Shown one piece after another: positions 50,727 to 62,369 of a stretch of 64,000 nt of DNA; position 1 is the stretch's first letter, and each line of letters starts with the position of its first letter. This DNA is from Octopus sinensis (taxonomy: Eukaryota), in NCBI RefSeq assembly GCF_006345805.1, contig NC_042998.1, positions 205,282,001-205,346,000 of the forward strand, given 5' to 3'. A program made the position numbers and the translations under genes. Under the pieces are notes generated by a model. It worked only from the letters and a program-made list of their open reading frames with translations, did not search any database and had not been told where the DNA came from.

Positions 50727-51983
50727 TGTGGTGTTATGGGCTGTGATGAGCTTATATGGTGTTGGTGGAGAAGATTGCAGATGAGGGAGACGGAAAAGAA
50801 GACTGCAGGGGCTGGCAGAACAGCCATGTGGCATGCGTGGGCAGGAAGCACGTACGGGCAGTTCGAGGAGAGACGGCAGTGTGCAAGGACAGGTTTATTT
50901 CTTGACAGTCATCGCTCATCCCGCCCAGGTCAACAGGTAAGGCCTCTGTATTTCTTTTTCCCCGTTTGCTTCTTTTTCTGTTGTCTCCATCACACTACAA
51001 CCTATTTCAGCCAATAAACAAAAAAACAAAAAAAAAACCGAACGATGAGTGTTGTCCATATTTCGAACGATATGATCAAACCATTTTGCGGTGACACAGA
51101 TGTAGTCGCTTGGTTGAAGAAGATGAAGTTGGTGGCGAAACTCCACGGTATAAGCGACCTAGCGAGTTTTATACCGCTGTACTTGGATGGTTCGGTGTTG
51201 GCGCTGTACCTAGAAATGGAAGAGAGGGACCAACTTAGCGTGGAGAAAATAGAAATCCGTTTGATGGAGGCCTTTGCGGAGAGAATCTTTGAGGCATACG
51301 CTCGCCTGGGGAAAACAAAATGGACTGGGGAACAGGTTGATGTATTTGCAAATGAACTCAGGAGATTGGCTAAACTGGTGGGATGTGAGAGAGAATCGCT
51401 GGACCGAACGATTAAGTTGGCGTTTGTGACTGGCTTTCCTGACCACATGTCGGTCAAGTTGCAAAAGCTGCCGGACATTAACTCAATGGCGATGGCAGAC
51501 ATTGTGTCTCGGGCTCGCGTGCTAGTTTCGTGTTGCAGGACGACGCTGGTAGCAGTGACTGCAACAACGAAAAGTGGCTGAGCAAGGAGCAGTGGAGAGG
51601 GGTCGAAGAAAGAACGTGTGCGACCATTCAAAGGACAGTGTTTCCGGTGTCAGGGTCCACACATGGTACAAGACTGGAAGTCACCCAAGCCTGAGGTCAT
51701 TTGCTACCGGTGTCGAGAAACAGGACATATAGCCAGCGAATGTCTGCAGGGAAACGGTCTGAGGGAGACTACTGCGCTGGTAGTTGTCCCTTCGAATCAA
51801 TAGAGACGCGTTTATCATCATTTACCAGTAGTTGACAGAGGGGAAGATGTCACGAACCCTTGTGGACACGGGCTGTACGACAACCCTGATGATTCTAGAA
51901 GTGGTAGAGATGTGGAGTGGAGAAAGCAGCGTAAGAGTAGTCGACAGACGAGGGGTACACTATGAAGGCATTACAGATGCCTT
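50727..51983 (+). mobile_element. Gypsy LTR retrotransposon 5' part (LTR about 50727-50999, gag, CCHC knuckles, protease)
   Basis: imperfect terminal inverted ends TGTGGTGTTATGG...CCATCACACTACA; gag ORF 51045-51581; CFRCQGPH and CYRCRETGHIASEC; LVDTGCTTTL protease motif. Confidence 0.82.
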
Positions 51984-53120
51984 TGGACTTTGCCAAAGCT
52001 TTTGACTTGGTTAACCACCGCCTATTATTTGTCAAGCTTCAAGCATATCATTTCCATCCGGATATTGTACGATGGGTTGGTGCCTTCCTCTCAGATCGCT
52101 CCTTCCAAGTCCAAGTTAATGGTTCGCTGACCGATGTCTCCAGTGAGAGCAGTGGTGTGCCTCAAGGTTCAGTGCTTGGGCCATTATTGTTTTTAGTCTT
52201 CATCAATGACTTGCCCAACGACCTCACTCAACACACCCTTCTATTTGCCGACGATGTCAAACTGGTTGCTCCTTACAGTGATATAGATGATCTTCATCGA
52301 TGCCTCCACCAAGTTTGGAGATGGTCAAACGAATGGGACCTGTATCTGAATGTGTCAAAGTGCTGTCATCTGCCTGTTGGCTCCTCTCCTGCAACTCAAC
52401 TTGATTTCGAGCTGGGTTGTCTGCTGCTGGATAAGACCGACCAAGTAAAGGACCTGGGTATCTTGGTGGATTCTTCCTTTTCGCCTTCGGCCCAGTGCGT
52501 CCATGCTGCCAACAAAGCACGTGGAGTTCTGTTTTTGATTCAATGGTCATTCGGAATGCTCACAGCAGCCATATTCCTACCGCTCTATGTCACGCTGGTG
52601 AGACCCATTTTGGAGTACGGGATTCAAGCCTCTTCTCCTTATCTCCTCAAAGACATACAGCATCTCGAAAGAGTCCAGAAGCTGGCTACCCGCATGGTTC
52701 TTGGTCTCAAGAATTTGTCTTATGAAGAAAGGCTAAAGACGCTTGACCTTTATTCTCTCGAAAAACGCCGCCGCCGTGGTGATCTCATTCTTGCTCACAA
52801 CATCATAAGCGGAAAGTGTAACCTCTCGAAGGAGCTGTTCTTCACTCCTGCTCCAGAGCGTCGGCTGCGGGGTCATTTCGAAAAGCTCTATCTGCGACGA
52901 TTTCATCTCAATCGAAGGAGAGGGGCTTTCTCCGTCCGGGTTGTGGATCCGTGGAATAAGCTGCCAGACGAGATGGTGAAGATGCCGACGACCGCTCGGT
53001 TCAAAGTCTCTCTTGACCAGAAATGGCCTGAACACCCTCCCTGTACATAACTCCCTGTTCCCCTACATGGCCTTGCTTTTGCTTTTTGAGCCAAAAAATT
53101 AAATTAACTTAACATAACTA
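51984..53120 (+). mobile_element. 5'-truncated CR1-type LINE with an uninterrupted RT ORF
   Basis: LDFAKAFDLVNH...SGVPQGSVLGPLLFLVFINDL...LFADDVKL...VRPILEY...RGDLI...WNKLP; no stop for about 355 codons. Confidence 0.92.
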
Positions 53121-53179
53121 TATATATATGTATATATACATATATATATGTATGTATATATCCAGGGATACCACCAAAT

Positions 53180-53410
53180 ACCAATACAAGACAACAATGT
53201 ACCGAGAACCGCTGTGATACTCCTTTCAGTCTGTATGAATTCCTAGGTACACCCTTTGGGCTGAAAAACGCAGCACAATCCTTCCAACACCTGATGGTCA
53301 CTGTGTGCAGAGGTTTCGATTTTGTCTTTGCATAGTTAGATGATATCCTTATTGCAAGCCCAAACGCAGAGCTACACAGAAGCACCTAGGGACTCTTTTT
53401 GATAGGCTTC
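53180..53410 (+). mobile_element. Gypsy reverse transcriptase fragment
   Basis: TPFSLYEFLGTPFGLKNAAQSFQHLM...FDFVFA*LDDILIAS. Confidence 0.8.
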
Positions 53411-54199
53411 AAAAGAAACATTTCCTTCTATGATTTATTGGTTCACAGTGCATTCTGCCTTCATTTATCTTCTGTCTTTTCAATATTGCCAGTAAAGGAT
53501 AAATAAATTGATACACAATTCTGTTTACGTTTATGTATTACAGGTATATGATATTTATGTTTATTTTTTACATTTAAGTTAAAATGTTTTTTGTGTGTGA
53601 ATGAAAACTCTGTGATGAGGCATCATAAACGGGCAGTATGAACCTTATCTAGCATTACCAATAAATCTGACAAAGAAGAATTAATTTTTTCTAAACCAGT
53701 TATTAATATATATATTAATTGAAACAGCTGCAACGGGTGATGATTAATCTGCTGTTAATAATAAACAATTATTAACTTCCCAATCTGCATATTCTTTCTC
53801 TTCTTTTAAATGAATATCAACTATATGTTTTTATGTATACACCTATTATTTTAAGGAAATTAATTCTCCAAAAATGCCAGGTATTGAACCAGTATTTCCT
53901 TGGATGAATCCATCCCTTCATGAGGTTAACACAACCTCTAATCGAAGTTAATAATTAACTTTTATTTATTACTCCTGTAATAAATATATATAAAAAGACT
54001 ATATGGGGAATAATTAAAATTGATACATCTTTAAAAGATGAACCCATATCAGTTAAGAATGTTTATATGAAGGAATATCAAAACCCAATGAATCCATCCA
54101 CAGACTCAGATGGTGAGCCTTGTACTTTGATAATAAACAAGATACACAAAATATAAAAACCAAGTGAAATGGAGAAAACATCTAGAAACTTGAAAAGCA

Positions 54200-54740
54200 G
54201 TTAGTGTCTCTAAGCACTCACAGCTCTCAGCCAGACAAGCAATGCAGTTGGTAGAAGCTCCATCATAGAGTTCCATAGGGGATCAGTGGAAGGCAAGAGC
54301 GACGACATTCTGGGGGAATCTCTGGGTGTTGCAGATGATTAGTTGGGTGGTCTTTTCTAGAGAATGTTCAGGCCGGGGCCCATGGATAATTTGCAGAAAT
54401 CCCTGGCCTGGCAGGTCTACCAAGGAGCTCTGCCAGTTCAAGACAAGCTCCATAAAAGTGCGGTCAGCTGGTCCTATCTGAGATGCAGACACAGTGATGA
54501 AACTGTCCTCTACACACTCATAAGTGAACAAGCATTGCTGTCTTGTGCAGCTTTGTTGAACAGCTGTGGTCGCATGTGGCACAGATCTGACTTTCGTCCA
54601 AATCCATCATGAACATCACCCTGCCACCTTCCTTTAGCCAGGAAGGTCAAGCAGTTTCACCCTGTCTGGTGGCTATGGCAAAAGTGTTTGTGTGGTGGAC
54701 ATGTCTGAAAGGCTTCAAGACAGGCACTTTCCTCTTTGGT
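54200..54740 (+). mobile_element. Tx1/L1-like ORF2 C-terminal (zf-RVT-like) remnant
   Basis: KSLAWQVYQGALPVQDKL...RCRHSDETVLYTL. Confidence 0.6.
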
Positions 54741-55092
54741 CTCGCCTTCTCTATCTAAGAGTTTCTTTTAAAACATTGAGGGAGATTTGGAAAATATTTC
54801 TATCGGGTCAAACAACTGTATACAGGTTCCCTTTTCTTTTACAATGACGGTAAGAACCCATTACTGAAGTTAATTACAGCCTTATTAAAATTAACGAGTA
54901 TATTTTTAGATGGGAATCATTAGCAGAGAAATACGAAATTAGTTTCAGTCTCTGACATTCTTCTTGGAATATTTTTCATTTTTGTACAAATAATAAACTT
55001 CATTTTCACATCAATAAAATAAAATTTCTAAAAACAAAAATTCCAAATTGAGATTTTGGGATTGAAAACCAAACCAACCATTCTTGTCGTAA

Positions 55093-55272
55093 TCAGCTTC
55101 CTGAGACATTAGAATTGGTTTTGGCTAATTTCTTTTTCTTCTCCTCAGCATCAATGTCTATTATATACTGCATCAAATCTGTTAGATTTTTGAATTCTGT
55201 TCGACCTTCTTGGGGTTGTTTTTTTGAAACTTTTGGCATCAGGCTTTGAATTTTTTCTCGGAATTCAACCAA
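55093..55272 (-). CDS. TMEM242: TMEM242 terminal coding exon
   Basis: minus strand poly-T + cag acceptor; LVEFREKIQSLMPKVSKKQPQEGRTEFKNLTDLMQYIIDIDAEEKKKKLAKTNSNVSGS*; phase 0 join; FR-x-K-x-QS motif of TMEM242. Confidence 0.88.
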   Translation of the reverse strand: MVEFREKIQSLMPKVSKKQPQEGRTEFKNLTDLMQYIIDIDAEEKKKKLAKTNSNVSGS

Positions 55273-56524
55273 CTGAAAAAAAAAGCAGAAAGACAAAGTT
55301 GTAGGTGTCTGAAGTAATCTCCAAATGATTAATTCATCATCGTTAACATCCAACGATGATGGTGATGATGAAAATGTCAACATTCCTGTTAAACCTTGTT
55401 TCTTTCCTTCCTGTTGAGCCCTTAAATCAAATTATGTCAGTCTGAGTCTCAATGGCACCAGTCAAACTGATTATGTTCCCTGCTCCCTGAAATCAAACTG
55501 GCACTAGTCCCCTAAAGTTTCTGTTCTTTTGCCCATCTTAGAAACCAAAGGTCTGTTTCCAAATTAAACTTCATTTCCATTCACAGCTGGATGACTGCCT
55601 CAGCACATTGTTGTTGGTTGAGCCATGTTGGTTGTAGGCAGGTTGGCTGACCGTCGGCTGAACTGGCGGTTCTGATGACCAACTGATTAGATCAGATCAT
55701 CAGCTCATTGCACTATTATTTTCTAAAATCTTTTTACTTGTTTCAGTCATTAGACTGTGGCCATGCTGGGGCACCACTTTGCATGGTTTTTAGTCAAATA
55801 AATCAACCTTAGCATTTATCTTTCTCTAAGCCTGGTGCTTATTCTATCGGTCACTTCTGTCAAGCCTCTGAGTTATGCGGACATAAACACACTAACACTG
55901 CTTGACAAGTGATGGTGGGGAACAGGCACAAGGACACACACACATCATTGTTTAACATCCACCTTCCATGCTGGCATGGGTTGGACGGATTGATAGGAGC
56001 TGGCCAGGCAGAAGCCTAGACCATACTTCTGTCTCTGTTTTGGAGTGGTTTTTATGGCTGGATGTCCTTCCTAACAACAACCACCCCACAGAGTGGACTG
56101 AGTGCTTTTTACATGGCACCAACACAGGTGAGAAGGTCAGTTTTGGCATGGTTTTTACAGTTAAGCTTCTTCAATTATTGTCTACCAAATCCACTCACAA
56201 GGCTTTGGTTGGCTTAAAGGCTATAGTAGAAGTCACTTGCCCAAAGTGACTGAACCAGGAACCATGCTGTTGGGAAGGAAACTTCTTACCACACAGCCAC
56301 TTTTGGTTTAGAAACTTCAACTGAAAAACGTTAACAGGTAGAATTCTAAAATGGCTTCTTCCTTCCCTTCACCTAAAAATAAAACCTCACATTAGATGAA
56401 AGGAGAAAAAAGAGAATACATTCAGTGTACACAATTAACACAGCCATCTATGGATCATATTCAACACATCTTTCCTATTGAAAAGCAAGCCTTTCAATCG
56501 TGTGCATGTATATATATATATACA

Positions 56525-57178
56525 TATCATCATCATTTAGCACCTGCTTTCCATGCTGGCATGGGTGAGACAGTTTGACTGGAACTGGTAAGCTGGAGAG
56601 CTGCACCAGGTTCCAATCTGATGTAGCATGGTTTCTACAGCTGGAAGGATGCCCCTCCTAATGCCAACCAATTTACAGAGTGTAATGGAAGCTTTTTTAG
56701 TGCCAGTTATGCAACACCAACATTGACCACAACTAAGATCTCACCTGACGAGTCTTCTCAAGCACGACATATTGCCAAAGGACTCGGTCACTTGTCTCTG
56801 TGAGGCCCAACATTCAAAGGGTGCTTTCTACATGCGATCAGCATGGGTGTCTGTTTCACTTGGCTTGATGGGTCTTCTTAGGCACGGAATATTACCAAAG
56901 GTCTTAGTCACCTGTTATAGCCTCCACGAGGTCCAATGTTGGAAGACCATGCTTCATTACTCATCCCATGTCTACCTGGGTCTCCCTTTTCCACAGATTC
57001 TCTCCCCAATTAGAGAACAGCACATTTTTACACAGCTGTCCTTGTTCATGTGCGTCACATGACCACACCAGTGTAGCCATCTCTCTTGCACACATCTGAT
57101 GCCTCTTATGCTCAGCTTTTCTCTCAAGAGGCTTACACTGTTGTACATGCCCACTGACATAGCACATCCAGTGAAGCA
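56525..57178 (-). mobile_element. 3' part of the RTE-type LINE family, degenerate
   Basis: LREKLSIRGIRCVQERWLHWCGHV; (CAT)n at the left end. Confidence 0.75.
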
Positions 57179-57624
57179 GACACACACACATATACTATAT
57201 ATATATATCTCTTATTATAAAAGGCAGATTTTATCTGCCTCCCTTTGGGAGTTATACAAATCTACAATATAGGATTTCTTCAATTACAATTTACCTAGCA
57301 TTTTTGAGAGTACAATGCATCGCGTCATGCCAGGTCCAGTTTTTAAAATTTAAACTCCAATTAAGCAAAATTTACAGAAAACTCACATTCTGGTGTGTGT
57401 GTCAAATGCTTTTCTTAGTCTGGTTTACACCACACGCAAACGCACACACACAGTGGGCAACGAATAAAATGAAAGTAAATAGCGACAGAGTGATTTGAGG
57501 AAGACTAAAGTGAAAGTATTCTGTCTATGACGCTGATAGATACATGAGTAAAATGTATGGGAAGCTAAGAGCTAAGAGTGAGTGAAAATGTTCTTGGAAG
57601 AGAGTAATTAGTAATAAAGTAAAC

Positions 57625-57896
57625 ATACACTCATACATACATACATACATACATACATACACACACACACATACACACACACACATACATACACACACAT
57701 ACATACATACACACATACATATACATACATACATACATATACATACATACATACATACACACACACACAGTATTGAAGCTTGAGAACAATCAGATACATT
57801 TGCAACACATCTGTTGAAAATATTATTGTTCACACACATACATATACATATATACATACAGACAGACAGACAGATAGACACACACACACACACACA
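57625..57896. repeat. (CATA)/(CA) compound microsatellite
   Basis: direct observation. Confidence 0.9.
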
Positions 57897-57939
57897 TGAT
57901 CCAGCATGGCCACAACCTCAAGGCTGAAACATATAAAAG

Positions 57940-58315
57940 AATAACAGAATATAAATGTGTGCAAAGTACAAGAAATACTAATGCAGTATATGGGGATTGG
58001 ACAATAAGCGTAAGGCAGTGTCAATGGTGGTTCCAGAAATCCCGAGCCATAAACTACAGCCTAGAAGACGAGCCTCATCCTGAAAGATCTGTAGAACTCG
58101 ACAAGGACATCCTGAAAACCCTGGTGGAACAAAATATCATCGTAACTGTTGAGGAACTAGCAGAGAAGCTTGGATTTGGTCATTCAACCATTCATTGACA
58201 CCTTTGAGCTATCGGAAAAATCAGCAAATTAGGTCAATGGGTTCCTCACAAACTTTCCGAGTCTAATTGCATGCAGAGAGTGAATGTATGCTTTTCTTTG
58301 CTGTCATATCTCACC
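57940..58315 (+). mobile_element. mariner (Mos1-like) transposase N-terminal fragment
   Basis: NAVYGDWTISVRQCQWWFQK...LEDEPH...VEELAEKLGFGHSTIH*HL...GQWVPHKLSE (WVPHEL-like motif). Confidence 0.8.
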
Positions 58316-58333
58316 ACTACTGCGCTATGTATA

Positions 58334-58966
58334 TCTATATATATAAAACTGTAGTTGTGTGAGTGTCTGTCCCCTTCGATTTAGATTCCTAACTACTCCC
58401 ACATTTTGCGGTACAGTTTAACCAAATTCGGGTAGCTTATAGTCGTGATTCATATCGAGCCCGTCTGAATATTAGCGCGCGTCTACGATGAGTCTACGAT
58501 TTTAAAAATAATTTAACATCATTTTTTATTCCATTTTAATGCATAATTTTTCGTGTGTCGATGGCGGCGGAGTTGGCGTCCACGCTCACACCTGCACCTG
58601 TGGGGAAGGGAGTGTAAGGAAATCAACGTCGTAATGCGTTGTCAAGGAGACCAGTGTTCTTTTAGAACGACTTCATGGCTTGAAAACACCAAAACAGAAA
58701 TGGCTAAGAAAGCGTCTACATGAGTCTACGATTTAAAAAAAATTTACCATCGTTTTTTTTCCATTGTAATGCATTTTTTCACTATTATATAAGGGAAGTA
58801 ACTCTCTAAAAATGTCTACGATGAGTCAACGATTTTTAAAAAAATTTACCATCATATTTTTTCCATTTTTAATGCATTTTTTGCTATTTTTTGGCTATAA
58901 CTCTCTAAAAATGCTTATATAGTTATTTCCCTTACAAACCCGAGCAACGCCGGGCGATACTGCTAG
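58334..58966 (+). mobile_element. non-autonomous Helitron with internal repeats
   Basis: A|TC start, hairpin, CTAG|T end; shares ends and body with 25318-25705. Confidence 0.85.
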
Positions 58967-59242
58967 TATATATATATATATATCATCATCGTTTAACGTC
59001 TGTTTTCCATGCGAGCACGGGTTGGACGGTTCGACCGGGGTCTGGGAAACCAGGAGGCTGCACCAGTCTCCAGTCTGATCTGGCAGTGTTTCTACAGCTG
59101 GATGCCCTTCCTAACGCCAACCACTCCGTGGTGTGTGTAAAGTATGATACACAGATGGCTGTTTTAATGCTATTTTAATTGCACACACTGAGTCTTTTCT
59201 ACAGCTTGGCATGCTGTTCCCAATATCAGCCATTCACTGAAT

Positions 59243-59452
59243 GAAAGGGAAATGAGGAAAGCTTCTAACAATGCAGAAATGAAAGTTGAAAAACCTTTAA
59301 ATACTTCAGGCGCAAAGACCCATCTTCAGAAATGTCCAGTTAGAAGAAATGCGTGTTTAATCAGATCCTGCCATTCGGATAGCCAGAGGGGCAGTAACCC
59401 CATTTTCAACTTTCCTCTCGGCATTGTTAGGAGCTTTCTTCATTTCCCTTTC
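59243..59452. repeat. 50-bp inverted repeat with a 110-bp spacer
   Basis: 59243-59292 versus reverse complement of 59403-59452: 45/50 identical. Confidence 0.85.
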
Positions 59453-59789
59453 CATTTACTATTCTGCTTCAGTACTTCAATGCTTCAAGTGAACTGCATC
59501 GCTTATCCATTGGCTACTCTTTCTAGCAGGTGAGGTAACTATATACGGCCCTCCCAAATTGCTCTGAGTCAGACGTTCAGCTCAACATTACAAATTAATA
59601 AACAAACATCTATTGGTTTCACATTGATACTTTGGATTAAAACAATAAGGTATTACTTGTGTAATATCTTAGATTCAGCTAAACAATTCAAGAGCTGAGT
59701 ATCTTGACCAAGGGCACAATGTAATATCAGTCGTAACACAGCACCAATTATTGATCTGCACACACCCAATCAACATAATCTCTTGTCAT

Positions 59790-60935
59790 TTCCTTTTTGA
59801 AATGCAGTATCTTGATGACTGAATGCTGTAGCTGGGTCGTTACTGCACCAGCTCTTGTAATTCTTGCACTTAATGCAGCCTCCTGCCTTCCATCATTCGT
59901 GAAGACGGCCTCAAGACACTTGAACTTCTCCACCTGCTTCGGTGGAACTCCACTCGCATGCAGAGTGCATTGCACCAACTTCCTTAGTCTTAGTAGCATT
60001 GATTTCCATTCCTGCCAGGCAGCACACGGCATCGGATCTGTGAAGTGCATGTCAGAGCTTACCTTCCAACAAGTGGAGCAATACCATGTGGTCTGCAAGT
60101 TCCAGCCAACTAACCTTACATCCACTTATCTCAATATCACTTCCATCCTGGCTGTGCCCATCAATCCTGTCCATAAAGGTTATGAACAGGAGCGGTGACA
60201 GTACACACCCTTGGTAGAGTCCAATATCCACATTGAATGGTTTCCACTTAGAACCATTTAGCCAAACACAAATACTAGGCCATTCATATAGGAATTTCAA
60301 AGCAAACAAGAAGCTGTCCCTTGATCAAATACTCCTGCAGAACCTTTCACAAAATCCCATGGAATGAGGTTGTATGCTTTTTCTAGGTCTACAAAATAAG
60401 CATACCCCTCTCAACCAAACTTGCCACAGTGTAAATATTCGGGTGGCTGTGCTGTGTCCAGGGTAAAAACCACAGTTTTTCAGTTAGCTTGGACTCAACA
60501 ATATCCCACTTTGAATTTTGAGGCAATGATTGAAAGAATCTGATTGTGAATAGAAATGGTTGAAGAGGGGTTCTTTGGAGGAAAGTTACTTGAATAGGAT
60601 GCACAGCACCAAGATTAGGGAGCTGCTCCAAGCAGAGCTACTACTTCTCCAAATTGAAAGATCATAGTTCTGAAACTATGGACATGTGGCAGGAATGTCT
60701 CAGGAAAGAAGTGCCAACAGATTTTGTGGGCAAAACCAATTGGCAGAAGAGCCAGGGATAGACCATGAGTGAGGTGGTTGGATAACATACATGAGCTCAG
60801 ATGGTCTCACTTGCAAATCCAGCCAGATCAATAGGAGATGGGTGCTTCTGACAGTGTCCAATGGAAAGTGTAGTTGAGGACTCTGCCCCTACAAACCTAC
60901 CTGGAATAAGTGGGTAAAAAAGATGAGATGAAAGA
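59790..60935. mobile_element. RTE-clade LINE with an inverted 5' segment (minus 59790-60507, plus 60510-60935)
   Basis: minus: QGCVLSPLLFITFMDRI...VEKFKCL...SVIK; plus: continuation MIERI...IRELLQAELLLLQIERS...YGHV. Confidence 0.7.
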
Positions 60936-60979
60936 TTTTGTTTTTGTAATCCTTTGAGAATTACGGGGCGGGTGTGTTG

Positions 60980-62029
60980 AAAGTGTAACTGCTAGAGTAA
61001 GAATAGCTTGGGCAAAGTTCAGAGAGCTCTTACCTCTGCTGGTGACAAAGGGCCTCTAGCTCAGAGTAAAAGGCGGACTGTATGATGCTTGTGTACGAAC
61101 AACCATGCTACATGGCAGTGAAACATGGGCCGTGACTGCTGAGGATATGCGTAAGCTCGCAAGAAATGAAGCCAGTATGCTCCGATGGATGTGTAATGTC
61201 AGTGTTCATACTCGACAGAGTGTAAGTACCTTGAGAGAGAAGTTGGACCTAAGAAGCATCAGTTGCGGTGTGCAAGAGAGACGTTTGTGCTGGTATGGCC
61301 ATGTGGCGAGAATGGATGAAGATAGTTGTGTGAAAAGTGCCACACCCTAGCTGTTGAGGGAACCTGTGGAAGAGGCAGACCCAGGAAATCCTGGGATGAG
61401 GTGGTGAAGCACGACCTTCGAACTTTAGGTCACACCGAGGAAATGACAAGAGGCCGAGCCCTTTGGAAGTATGCTGTGCGTGAGAAGACCCGGCAGGACA
61501 AGTGAGACCATCACCCATGGCCTCAGTCCACTTATGCATACCTTTCCTTCTTGGGACACAAAACTCTACTTGTGAAGACCTGTTGAGGCAAGTGAAAATA
61601 AAAAAATCAAAATCGATCAACATGAATGGAAATTGTCGCTGTGATATCAGTGCTGGTGGCACATAAGAGAACCATCCGAATGTGGCCGTTGCCAGCGCCG
61701 CCCCGACTGGCTTCTGTGCCGGTGGCACGTAAAAAGCACCATCCGATCGTGGCCATTGACAGCCTCGCTTGGCCTCCGTGCTGGTGGCATGTAAAAGGCA
61801 CCATCCGATCGTGGCCGTTTGCCAGCGTCGTCTGCCACCTGTGCCGGTGGCACGTAAAAAGCACCCACTACACTCATTGAGTGATTGGCATTAGGAAGGG
61901 CATCCAGCCGTAGAAACATTGCCAGATCAGACTGGGCCTGGTGCAGCCTTCTGGCTTCTCAGACCCCAGTTGAACCGTCCAACCCATGCGAGCATGGAAA
62001 GCGGATGCTAAATGATGATGATGATGATG
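60980..62029 (+). mobile_element. 5'-truncated RTE-type LINE (RT C-terminus, modular 3' UTR, (GAT)n tail)
   Basis: AWAKFRELLPLL...MLHGSETWAVTAEDMRKL...; tail ends 20 nt from the TMEM242 exon. Confidence 0.88.
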
Positions 62030-62049
62030 AAATACCTTTAGATACTCAC

Positions 62050-62187
62050 ATTATGAACCCCAAGCATTTTCCACACTGCAAACGATAGAAGAGAGACACC
62101 AGAGATTGAATATAATGTCCCCCATGCCAGTGCACGAGCGGCAAACGCATGTCCAGTAACCGGGTATTCTCGACTGGGTATCAATGT
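62050..62187 (-). CDS. TMEM242: TMEM242 (DUF1358) penultimate coding exon
   Basis: minus strand tttttcag acceptor, 138 nt, donor gtgagt; TLIPSREYPVTGHAFAARALAWGTLYSISGVSLLSFAVWKMLGVHN resembles the TMEM242 ALRALGWGSLYA...SFAVWKALGVHS helix. Confidence 0.9.
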
Positions 62188-62369
62188 CTGAAAAATACAA
62201 AATAAACATCAAATGTCAGAACAATGAGATGACGAGTATTGTTCTGTTACCATGACATTTTCTCTTAAAGAACTTTATCATAAAAGGAGACCACAAAAGG
62301 GCAGTTAAGGGAGTGGGAGAGGCTGCTGGCTCTCGCCTGTGCTTTTAATGCAATTATTTAACTCATTAC

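Noticed and set aside
57208-57620. Third Helitron family starting TCTCTTATTATAAAAGGCAG
   Set aside because: The 5' end looks plausible but no 3' hairpin or CTAG end was found.
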